Positions 1-7,749 of a DNA stretch of 50,243 nt are shown in pieces. A model generated the notes under the pieces. That model saw only the letters and a list, made by a program, of their open reading frames with translations. It did no database searches and was not told where the DNA came from. Positions within the stretch are counted from its first letter, which is position 1, and every line of letters begins with the position of its first letter. The DNA comes from Candidatus Jorgensenbacteria bacterium (GTDB taxonomy: Bacteria > Patescibacteriota > Minisyncoccia > UBA6257 > GWB1-50-10). Both the position numbers and the translations under genes were made by a program. The DNA lies in the NCBI GenBank assembly GCA_011050075.1, contig DRGK01000008.1, forward strand, positions 1-50,243, given 5' to 3'.

Positions 1-2
1 GG

Positions 3-272
3 TTTTTAATAAATCGCTTGGTCTTGACTGGAGGTGGAGCAAAGCTTGCAGGGATTGATGAGTTGGCACGTCAAGAACTGAAACTGGCAGTTCAGCTTGG
101 ATTTCCCGCCGTTGACGATTTTGATGTTTCCAATCCCACACACCAAGAACTGCTTGATGATCCTGGGTTTGCGACAGCGATAGGGTTGCTGCGATGGGGA
201 GACAAAGAACGTGGTCGTCGCTTGCCCAGCGTGTCAAGACTCAAGCGATTTATTAAAAACCTTATGCCGTGA
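3..272 (+). CDS. ftsA: Cell division protein FtsA, C-terminal part (5' truncated by the window)
   Basis: VLTGGGAKLAGI actin-like motif and FATAIGLL; ends in an amphipathic tail (RLKRFIKNLMP); lies directly upstream of ftsZ; the frame is open from base 3. Confidence 0.9.
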   Translation, partial: FLINRLVLTGGGAKLAGIDELARQELKLAVQLGFPAVDDFDVSNPTHQELLDDPGFATAIGLLRWGDKERGRRLPSVSRLKRFIKNLMP

Positions 273-277
273 AAAAT

Positions 278-1654
278 ATGATCACCAAGAAAAAAACAGT
301 AGCTAAAACAAAGAAGACAAAACGTATTGCGCAGATGCGTTCTGTTCGTGTGAGGAAACAGAAACCGCGTGTTGCCAGTAAGCGTCCAAAATCTCGTATG
401 ACGTCACAACGAAAAGTGCTTAAGAAAAAGATAGCTGCTCGTGCACCACGGCGACAGGCGCGTCCCGTATCGCGTAGAAAACAAACCAGAATAAATCGTA
501 CACAGAGTAGTATGCAAGGTATTACGCAGGTTAAAGTTATTGGTATCGGCGGCGCCGGGGGTAATATCATTAGTCGTATGCGTGAAAAGAATCGTATGCG
601 TGGTGTGGAATACATTGCGGTGAACACCGATGCGCAAGATCTTGATCAGGTATCTGTGCATCGCAAAATATACATTGGTAGAGCACTTACGAAAGGTCTC
701 GGTGCGGGCATGAATCCTGACATTGGTAGACAAGCAGCTGAAGAAAACCGTTCGGAGATAGGTGAAATGCTTGATGGGGCTGATATTGTGTTCGTGGTTG
801 GTGGTTTTGGTGGTGGCACCGCGAGCGGTGCTGCACCCATCGTTGCGGAGATTGCGAAACAGAAGGGTATTCTCACTATTGGTATCGTGACAAAGCCGTT
901 TGAGTTTGAAGGGTCGCGTCGTATGAACATTGCGCAGGAAGCACTTGACCGCATGCGCGAACACGTTGACGCACTTGTGGTTATTCCTAACGACCGTATT
1001 TTTGCGCTCATCAATAAAGATACGCCGATCATCCGCGCGTTCATGTATATAGATGATATATTGAACCATGGCGTACAGGCGATCGGAGATCTTATTAATA
1101 TACCGGGCATTATCAATATTGACTTTGCCGATATCAAAACGATTTTGCAGGATGCAGGACCGAGCTTGATTGGTGTAGGAATTGCATCCGGTCAGGACCG
1201 TGCCGCGAAAGCTGTCGATGAAGCGATCCATTCACCACTCCTTGAAACATCTATAGAGGGAGCAAAGGGAATATTGTTCAGCGTTGCTGGTGGTCGGGAT
1301 ATGAAGATGGTCGAGATCAACGATATTGCCAAGGTGATTGCTGCAAACCTTGATTCAAATGCAAAAGTAATTTTTGGTGCGTACTATGATCGCAACCTAA
1401 AGGATAAGCAGCTAAAGGTAACTGTTATTGCAACAGGTTTTAGCAATCTGTTTAGCAGTGATCGACTCGGCACACAACACTTGTTCACTAAACGGCGTGC
1501 GAATGTTCCCTTTCCGGTGAGTAAGACTATCCACGTAGAGAAACAGGAAAAGAGTAGTTCCACAAACGAAGAAGATGCTTCCGTTGTTGAATCTCAAGAG
1601 CCAAAAACAGATCCGTGGGACATTCCGGCTTTTTTAAGGAAGAAGAAAAAATAG
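278..1654 (+). CDS. ftsZ: Cell division GTPase FtsZ with a 78-aa K/R-rich N-terminal extension (alternative start ATG 512)
   Basis: VKVIGIGGAGGN, NTDAQDL, GAGMNPDIG, GGGTASG, NIDFAD T7 loop, C-terminal DIPAFLRKK. Confidence 0.97.
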   Translation: MITKKKTVAKTKKTKRIAQMRSVRVRKQKPRVASKRPKSRMTSQRKVLKKKIAARAPRRQARPVSRRKQTRINRTQSSMQGITQVKVIGIGGAGGNIISRMREKNRMRGVEYIAVNTDAQDLDQVSVHRKIYIGRALTKGLGAGMNPDIGRQAAEENRSEIGEMLDGADIVFVVGGFGGGTASGAAPIVAEIAKQKGILTIGIVTKPFEFEGSRRMNIAQEALDRMREHVDALVVIPNDRIFALINKDTPIIRAFMYIDDILNHGVQAIGDLINIPGIINIDFADIKTILQDAGPSLIGVGIASGQDRAAKAVDEAIHSPLLETSIEGAKGILFSVAGGRDMKMVEINDIAKVIAANLDSNAKVIFGAYYDRNLKDKQLKVTVIATGFSNLFSSDRLGTQHLFTKRRANVPFPVSKTIHVEKQEKSSSTNEEDASVVESQEPKTDPWDIPAFLRKKKK

Positions 1655-1687
1655 GTAGGTATCGTTGATAAAGTAAAAGTAGATATG

Positions 1688-1722
1688 TCCCTCACTGTTC
1701 TTTTAGAAAGGTGAGGGATTTT
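1688..1722 (+). terminator. Intrinsic terminator after ftsZ
   Basis: TCCCTCAC/GTGAGGGA stem followed by TTTT. Confidence 0.6.
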
Positions 1723-1747
1723 AGTTGTAGATAGTATAGTCGTCAAC

Positions 1748-1773
1748 TGTGGATAACTACCAGGCAGTATAAT
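1748..1773 (+). promoter_or_regulatory. DnaA-box-like 9-mer and -10 box upstream of nrdJ
   Basis: TGTGGATAA at 1748-1756 (reverse complement of TTATCCACA); TATAAT at 1768-1773. Confidence 0.5.
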
Positions 1774-1906
1774 GCCGTGTTTGAGTGGTTGTAGTAAAAT
1801 CTTTGCCATTGTTGGTCAACTGGCGAAGTAGGTGCAGTTCGTTACAATGGAAATGGTCGTTTCTTAATTAACCTCATTAAAAAACACGTTACTTATTTCC
1901 TCTATT

Positions 1907-4390
1907 ATGATGCACGCACCAAAAGCTCAACACACACACGTTTCACTGCCGACCGACGAACAGATTAACGAATCATTTTCTGAGAACGCGCTCAAGATGA
2001 TGCGCAAGCGGTATCTGCGTAAGAATGAAGCAGGTGACTATGAGACGCCATCGCAGATGATGCACCGGGTTACGCGCGCGCTCGCTGAGGTTGAGCGCGA
2101 TTATGGTGGGGACGATGCATTTATTAACAAAACTAAACAAAAGTTCTTTGAAGTAATGGCGCGGAAAGAGTTTACGCCAGCAGGGCGTACCATCACCAAT
2201 GCTGGTTCTGGTACCGCGCTCGTTGCGAACTGTATTGTGTTACCCATTCACGATACAATGGAGAGTATTTTTCAGACACTCAAAGATGCTGCGCTGCTTC
2301 AGCAGTCTGGAGCAGGTTTAGGATTTTCGCTTGATGAGCTCCGACCGGCGATGTCACCGACCATTCGTTCAAAAGGTGTCTCTTCCGGTCCTGTTTCGTT
2401 TTTGAAAATATACAATGAGGCATTTGGAACAATTAAGCAGCAGGGTCGGCATGGTGCGAATATGGCGATGATGAGCGTGGACCATCCGGACATTCTTGAT
2501 TTTGTGCGTGCTAAAGAAGAAGAAGGGGAAATTAGGAACTTCAATATTTCGGTAAAGGCAACCGATGAGTTCATGGAGCAGCTCGTGCATGATTCCGACG
2601 CACAGTGGTACTGTACGTGGAATGGTGAAAAAATGAAACCGCATCGTGTGCTGCGCCACCCGAACGGATCGGTGTATAGTGTTGAGGAGATTGATATTAC
2701 AGTAGGTGAGTTGTTTGACGAACTCGTGCATTATGCGTGGACGAACGGTGAGCCGGGTATTGTGTTTATTGATGAAGTGAACCGCACTAATCCGCTACCT
2801 GGATTGGGCGATATAGCGTCATCTAATCCATGTGCAGAGCAATTTCTGCACCCGTATGATAACTGTAATCTTGGCTCTATTAATCTTGCCAAGTTCGTTC
2901 GTGACGGTAAGGTTGATGAGGTTAGGTTGCGAGAAGTCACTAAAACATCTGTCCGCATACTTGATAATGTAATTGACCGTTTTGAATTTCAGGTAGATGC
3001 GGTGACCGAAACTGCGTTTAAGAATCGCCGCATCGGGCTTGGTATTATGGGGTTCGCCGATATGTTGTACCAGCTGGGCATACGGTATGATTCTAATGAA
3101 GGTGTTGCCGTTGCGGAGCGGGTTATGAAAATTATCCAGAGAGCAGCTGTAGAGATGTCGCGTGAGTTGGCACAGAAAAAGGAACCGTTTCCGAATTATC
3201 CCAAGAGTATTTTTAAAGACGGTAGCCGACGGAATGCTGCACTTACGACCATTGCTCCAACCGGTTCTATATCCATGATGCTTGATGCGTCGTCAGGCAT
3301 AGAGCCGAACTTCGCGCTTTCGTATGTGATGCAGGACAAGGATGGGGAGCAGTACCAGTATCTGAACACATATTTCCGCGAGGTGCTTGACGAGCTTGGG
3401 TATGATGAACAGAAAATCACTAAGATTCGAGAAGAGGTTGTGGCAATAGGAAGCATTAAGCGCATTATTGACCTTCCTGAACATATCCGTGATACGTTTG
3501 TGGTTGCTATGGACATCTCTGGAGAGGACCATATTAGGATGCAAGCAGCGTTTCAGAAACACGTCGACAATTCCATTTCAAAGACGATCAATCTGCCGAA
3601 TGATGCAACACGCGATGATGTTAAAGAGAGTTTAGTGCTCGCGTGGAAGCTTAAATGTAAAAGTTGCGCGGTGTACCGTGATGGCAGCCGCAATATACAG
3701 ATTTTAAATATTGGCAAGGGAGATGATATTGTTAAACCGACGGATGCTGTAGGAAAGAAGCGTTTCATTGCAAAAACAGCAGTTGCATCATCTGAGATAA
3801 GTAAGCTTGAACCGCGCGTACGACCCGAGGTAATGAGTGGAAAGACATATAAAATAAAGACCGGCTATGGTAATTTATATATCACCGTTAATAATGATGA
3901 GAAAGGTGATCCGTTTGAAGTATTCGCGACCATTGGTAAGACAGGAGGTTTTTTTCAGGAACAGAGTGAAGCGATCTGCCGAATGATATCGTTAGCGCTT
4001 CGTGCGGGTATCGATACGAAGAATGTGGTGAAGAACATAAAGGGTATTCGTGGGCCGATGCCGGTATTTACGAACCGCGGCACTATACTCTCATTACCTG
4101 ACGCCATTGCTCGTATACTTGAAGAACATGTGAATTTTGGTGATGGTAAAGAGTCTGAGGTTATAGATGAACAGAAGCAGCTTGAGGGTGGTACGGTACA
4201 GGTTACGGAAAAGATTAGTGTTGAGGAAACGATCAGCGTGTCTACCGGAGGCGAGTATGGACCGATTACTGATGGAAGGCAGATAGCTGACTATGGTATG
4301 ATGCCTGGCTGTCCGGACTGTGGTTCTCCGTTACGTATCAGCGAAGGTTGTATGAGTTGTACGAACTGTGGATTTAGCAAGTGCGGATGA
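1907..4390 (+). CDS. nrdJ: Class II (adenosylcobalamin-dependent) ribonucleotide reductase with C-terminal TSCPD-like domain and Zn ribbon; no ATP-cone, no intein seen
   Basis: PAGRT, NCIV, NPCAEQ (NxCxE), CNLGSINL, TIAPTGSIS, DNSISKTIN, YRDGSR, terminal CPDC...CMSCTNCGFSKC. Confidence 0.95.
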   Translation: MMHAPKAQHTHVSLPTDEQINESFSENALKMMRKRYLRKNEAGDYETPSQMMHRVTRALAEVERDYGGDDAFINKTKQKFFEVMARKEFTPAGRTITNAGSGTALVANCIVLPIHDTMESIFQTLKDAALLQQSGAGLGFSLDELRPAMSPTIRSKGVSSGPVSFLKIYNEAFGTIKQQGRHGANMAMMSVDHPDILDFVRAKEEEGEIRNFNISVKATDEFMEQLVHDSDAQWYCTWNGEKMKPHRVLRHPNGSVYSVEEIDITVGELFDELVHYAWTNGEPGIVFIDEVNRTNPLPGLGDIASSNPCAEQFLHPYDNCNLGSINLAKFVRDGKVDEVRLREVTKTSVRILDNVIDRFEFQVDAVTETAFKNRRIGLGIMGFADMLYQLGIRYDSNEGVAVAERVMKIIQRAAVEMSRELAQKKEPFPNYPKSIFKDGSRRNAALTTIAPTGSISMMLDASSGIEPNFALSYVMQDKDGEQYQYLNTYFREVLDELGYDEQKITKIREEVVAIGSIKRIIDLPEHIRDTFVVAMDISGEDHIRMQAAFQKHVDNSISKTINLPNDATRDDVKESLVLAWKLKCKSCAVYRDGSRNIQILNIGKGDDIVKPTDAVGKKRFIAKTAVASSEISKLEPRVRPEVMSGKTYKIKTGYGNLYITVNNDEKGDPFEVFATIGKTGGFFQEQSEAICRMISLALRAGIDTKNVVKNIKGIRGPMPVFTNRGTILSLPDAIARILEEHVNFGDGKESEVIDEQKQLEGGTVQVTEKISVEETISVSTGGEYGPITDGRQIADYGMMPGCPDCGSPLRISEGCMSCTNCGFSKCG

Positions 4391-4425
4391 TTGATATTAG
4401 ATACCAAGAATTAGGAATACTTAAT

Positions 4426-4454
4426 AGCTCCGACATATCATCGGAGCTGTTTTG
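4426..4454 (+). terminator. Intrinsic terminator after nrdJ
   Basis: AGCTCCGA-catatca-TCGGAGCT then GTTTTG. Confidence 0.7.
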
Positions 4455-4465
4455 ATATTTTGCAT

Positions 4466-4495
4466 TTGACAGAAACACCGTGCATTTGGTATGTT
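4466..4495 (+). promoter_or_regulatory. Sigma70-type promoter
   Basis: TTGACA-18 bp-TATGTT with extended -10 TG. Confidence 0.6.
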
Positions 4496-4543
4496 GGAGT
4501 ATTGTAGTTACCGTACGTTAATAATTGAATAGAGGGGTAGAAA

Positions 4544-4714
4544 ATGGAAAATAGTCCCGATAATCAGCGGCTCTCTAACTACCACATTGAAATAAAGGCT
4601 ATTGAGAAGAAGCTGAGGAAACCTGAAGTACCAGATGGTAAGAAAGAAAGATTGCAATATCGGTTGCAACTTCTTGAGGATGTCCTTGTACCAAAGGAAC
4701 ATGCAGTATCCTGA
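4544..4714 (+). CDS. Small hypothetical protein, 56 aa (MENSPDNQRLSNYHIEIKAIEKKLRKPEVPDGKKERLQYRLQLLEDVLVPKEHAVS); absent from the ORF track
   Basis: Own promoter, GAGGGG Shine-Dalgarno just upstream, downstream terminator, helical-hairpin-like charge pattern. Confidence 0.6.
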   Translation: MENSPDNQRLSNYHIEIKAIEKKLRKPEVPDGKKERLQYRLQLLEDVLVPKEHAVS

Positions 4715-4735
4715 TTGTATGTGAAGGACATATAT

Positions 4736-4766
4736 AGAGTGGCTTATAACTAAAAGCCACTCTTTT
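4736..4766. terminator. Bidirectional terminator between the small ORF and tRNA-Lys
   Basis: AGAGTGGCTT-8 nt-AAGCCACTCT with T/A-rich flanks. Confidence 0.65.
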
Positions 4767-4773
4767 ATATTTG

Positions 4774-4846
4774 TCCCCCGGGAAGGACTCGAACCTTCAA
4801 CCTTGGGCTTAAAAGGCCCCTGCTCTGCCAGTTGAGCTACCGGGGG
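4774..4846 (-). tRNA. tRNA-Lys(UUU), CCA not encoded
   Basis: Cloverleaf: acceptor CCCCCGG/CCGGGGG, D-arm GCTC/GAGC, anticodon loop CTTTTAA, T-arm GAAGG-TTCGAGT-CCTTC. Confidence 0.95.
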
Positions 4847-4967
4847 GTTGCGCAGTTTATTGTACCGTAGGGGTGTCATGTGTGCAATGTTGTTAGAAAA
4901 TTTGCTATGATAGTGTACAGGTGTTTGAATAGTACAGGTCGATTAAAACATAAATTATATACATACC

Positions 4968-5117
4968 ATGGAAGAAGGTTTCCAGAAAAAAATGTATCAA
5001 GGAGACTGGACGTGCTCAGGATGTGAGGGCAAGATAACCGAACTCCCCTTTGAGCCAGACCAGAATCGTATGGATCAATTGCGATGTCGTGATTGCTATC
5101 GCAAGAATCGTCGATAG
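4968..5117 (+). CDS. Small zinc-ribbon protein, 49 aa, CxxC-x20-CxxC (related to the CxxC-x17-CxxC family); absent from the ORF track
   Basis: Hand translation MEEGFQKKMYQGDWTCSGCEGKITELPFEPDQNRMDQLRCRDCYRKNRR; terminator immediately downstream. Confidence 0.85.
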   Translation: MEEGFQKKMYQGDWTCSGCEGKITELPFEPDQNRMDQLRCRDCYRKNRR

Positions 5118-5128
5118 AACAACGTGAG

Positions 5129-5156
5129 AAAACACCCCGCATGGCGGGGTGTTTTT
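5129..5156. terminator. Bidirectional terminator
   Basis: AAAACACCCCGC-ATG-GCGGGGTGTTTT. Confidence 0.8.
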
Positions 5157-5214
5157 GTTTGCATGGTTCCAGTCAGATAACCTACTGGTTAGTTGTCATG
5201 CCCTTAGGTTGATT

Positions 5215-5451
5215 TTATGCTACAGCTGCAGGGACTTTTTTTGCGTCTTCAACCGGCCAAGATCCTCCTGGTCCCTTGTGATGGACCGGACACCCAAGTG
5301 CCTTGATACTGGGGTATGTAGGGCATACACAATCAAAAACCATCTTAAGGTGTCCGATAGACAGCACCACGCTGGTTACTACACCGTACCTCTCATCTCG
5401 CTTTACGAAACGGAAGCCGAGCGGCCGCAGCCTTTCTTCAACGTACGTCAT
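5215..5451 (-). CDS. Small hypothetical protein, 78 aa (start MTYVEE)
   Basis: AAGGAGG SD shortly before ATG 5451; upstream TTGACA-17-TAATCT promoter; converges on a terminator. Confidence 0.65.
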   Translation of the reverse strand: MTYVEERLRPLGFRFVKRDERYGVVTSVVLSIGHLKMVFDCVCPTYPSIKALGCPVHHKGPGGSWPVEDAKKVPAAVA

Positions 5452-5619
5452 AGCGTACCTCCTTTGATTTAGATGATCTGTGTAGGAGATTAAAGCATTG
5501 CACTCCACGTGTCAAAGTTTTTTAGACATATACACGTGTTCTCCTAAAGCTGATTGATTTTTTCTGCGGCAAATAAAACTAAGCGGCGATGGATGAATTT
5601 GGATATTTTTCGGATTTCT

Positions 5620-7509
5620 CTATTTTGTTGTTAGAAAAGAATACCAAGGGAAACGTTCATCCAAAAGATCGCTTGTTTCGGCAGATGCGGTTAATGTTTT
5701 AGTAATTTTTATTGGAATGAATCCGAATAGTTTTCTTGGCTCGGTTTCTCTTATTTTATATACGGCAATACCGTTTTCTTCTTCGAGAACTACCCCCTTC
5801 TCAAGTGTGATATTGGCATATGTGGGACGTCCGGAACGCTTACTGATACTTTCTATAACATCGCTTGCCGCAAGTTTTACCTCGGAGTTGCCTACTCGCA
5901 GCATATTGTCTTTGATAGAAATCTCTGCGGCTTCAACCTCTACGGTTTCTTTCCCGTCCGGGTCCCAGCCGCGAACAATAACTCCTCTCGCGGTCGGTTC
6001 AACGCTTGCAGGCCTATCGCCAACCGTAAGGAATATCTTTTTGTCCATTGTCTTTACCACGACATCATCGGCTCTTATTTCTCCCCGGCTTACTTTTATC
6101 TCCGTTACAATACTGGCAAGTTCGGAGACCTCCATTTCTTTTCTGCCTTTGATGAGTTTTACGATAAGTTCATTTATTTCTTCTTTCAGTGACCTGAGAT
6201 TCTGTATTTGTTCATTGGTGTCTTCCGTTGCAGTTATGTTTTCAATCCTGGCTTTGTAGTAGTCGTTTATTTCCTGTCCGGACTCAACAACTACCGGCTT
6301 TACAGGTTCGGCAATGGATTTTAAGTCCATACTTAATATCTCCGTTGAAAAAGTACCCAGAGCTCTTTTTTCGACAAAGTAACGCTGACCCTCACACTGT
6401 GCCCTTACTTTTTCAAGACCGTTGGGGAGGCTGGATAATATTCTTTCAATCTCCTCTCTTGAAAAACCAGTTTGTTCTTTGAGGTCGGCATTACTTAAAT
6501 TACTCAGTTTCTCGTAATAGGCGATTTTGTTTTCCCACTGGGTAACTTCTCGGCACCTGTCTATAGCTACCGGTCTTAAGGAGCTGGTAGTTCCAGTAGG
6601 CGGTTGCATTGGCTCTATCTTAGTAGTATTGGCGGTGCAACTCTTTCGATATCTTTCAACCTCCAGTTTTAAAGCAGTGATTTTCTTTATTATTTCTTCC
6701 GCCAAAACCCTATCATTCTCTGACTCTGCTTTTCGCAAATCAAGAAGAAACCGATTGTAGTCTTTGGTAAGTTTGTCGGGAATGTAGCATATAGCGATTG
6801 GTTTTGTTTCTATTAAAGGCTTTGTTGGAGTTTCCGTTGGTGCTAGCTCGTTTTGGCTCTCGCCCTGACTTGGTGGGGTAGGTGCAACTCCGCAGCGGTT
6901 AGCGCAGATCGATCGCGCATAATTATTCCACACATAAGATGACTTACATGAACTTTCTCCGCCCCGTTTCTCCTCATAGCCGTCATAGCATTGGAAATAA
7001 AGATTTTTGAACGCACCAACTCCGCATTCGTTTGAAACACCAAAAGTGTTCACTCCACATTTTTTAACGATGATTTCAGAAACGACGCTCGGAACTAATC
7101 CGGGGACAGTGGATGGCGGCTGGACAATATACGGCTGCTTAATTTCGGTTTGCGTTGGAACTGGGTAAATGGTTGTCGGAGAAGGTGCAATTGAGGAATC
7201 GGCATCAATTCCAATTCCAAGCTTATCGAATTCTACAAGAATCGCTTGCGCACTATTTTCATTGATTCTAATTTCAATCAGGATTGCTTTAAGGTCAGCT
7301 TTACTGATACCAACAGACAGGGCATCGGTTACCCTGTTTATCTCTGCGCCGCCGATACCGTAACGCAGAAGTAAATCTCCAACTTGTTGATTTACTATTG
7401 CTGTTGAGGTATTTGACCTTGAACTGTTATAATCTTCGGCAGAAAACACCGCTGTAGCAGTGAGTGTCATTATCACTATGACCAATGCTGTGATTATTTT
7501 TACACGCAT
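5620..7509 (-). CDS. Large secreted/surface hypothetical protein, 629 aa, with Pro/Thr-rich linkers and a Cys-rich module
   Basis: Signal peptide MRVKIITALVIVIMTLTATAVFSA; PT-rich linkers; 6-Cys block; C-terminal RKLFGFIP...PWYSFL. Confidence 0.8.
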   Translation of the reverse strand: MRVKIITALVIVIMTLTATAVFSAEDYNSSRSNTSTAIVNQQVGDLLLRYGIGGAEINRVTDALSVGISKADLKAILIEIRINENSAQAILVEFDKLGIGIDADSSIAPSPTTIYPVPTQTEIKQPYIVQPPSTVPGLVPSVVSEIIVKKCGVNTFGVSNECGVGAFKNLYFQCYDGYEEKRGGESSCKSSYVWNNYARSICANRCGVAPTPPSQGESQNELAPTETPTKPLIETKPIAICYIPDKLTKDYNRFLLDLRKAESENDRVLAEEIIKKITALKLEVERYRKSCTANTTKIEPMQPPTGTTSSLRPVAIDRCREVTQWENKIAYYEKLSNLSNADLKEQTGFSREEIERILSSLPNGLEKVRAQCEGQRYFVEKRALGTFSTEILSMDLKSIAEPVKPVVVESGQEINDYYKARIENITATEDTNEQIQNLRSLKEEINELIVKLIKGRKEMEVSELASIVTEIKVSRGEIRADDVVVKTMDKKIFLTVGDRPASVEPTARGVIVRGWDPDGKETVEVEAAEISIKDNMLRVGNSEVKLAASDVIESISKRSGRPTYANITLEKGVVLEEENGIAVYKIRETEPRKLFGFIPIKITKTLTASAETSDLLDERFPWYSFLTTK

Positions 7510-7547
7510 AAATTTACAAGGATGTTATATTATCGCACTGTTGCTTG

Positions 7548-7673
7548 CTATCCTTTTTTACCAACCCGCCTTGATCGCGAGGCGAGCATCTCACGTTTTA
7601 TCGCTAACCTCTTTTGAGTCTTTTTTGAATGAGTCTTCTTTTTCTTTCCTACGCCCGTACTTCTTTTTGCCAT
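7548..7673 (-). CDS. Small very basic protein, 41 aa (MAKRSTGVGKKKKTHSKKTQKRLAIKREMLASRSRRVGKKG); absent from the ORF track
   Basis: Hand translation; TTTACT-17-TATAGT promoter with the -10 box 7 nt before the ATG (leaderless). Confidence 0.7.
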   Translation of the reverse strand: MAKRSTGVGKKKKTHSKKTQKRLAIKREMLASRSRRVGKKG

Positions 7674-7749
7674 AAACATAACTATACCCGCAAAAGAGGG
7701 GAAAGTAAAAACGAAAGTTTTTGTTTTCCCCGAATGCCATGGAAGTATG

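Noticed and set aside
262-1809. Antisense ORFs over ftsZ (121, 275, 163, 61 and 71 aa)
   Set aside because: Shadows of a clearly conserved + strand gene; no motifs or start signals. The same applies to the many antisense ORFs over nrdJ, typA, copA, ppsA and others.
270-4390. UGA recoding (genetic code 25)
   Set aside because: ftsA, nrdJ and other genes end at TGA at their expected C-termini, and no conserved gene shows internal TGA
1907-4390. Intein or intron in nrdJ
   Set aside because: The catalytic motifs are contiguous at normal spacing; no C...HN-C/S/T or LAGLIDADG signature was seen
4508-4879. 123-aa minus-strand ORF
   Set aside because: Runs through tRNA-Lys and antisense to the better-supported 56-aa ORF
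4876-5142. 88-aa minus-strand ORF
   Set aside because: Antisense to the CxxC-x20-CxxC gene, which has family-like motifs and a terminator
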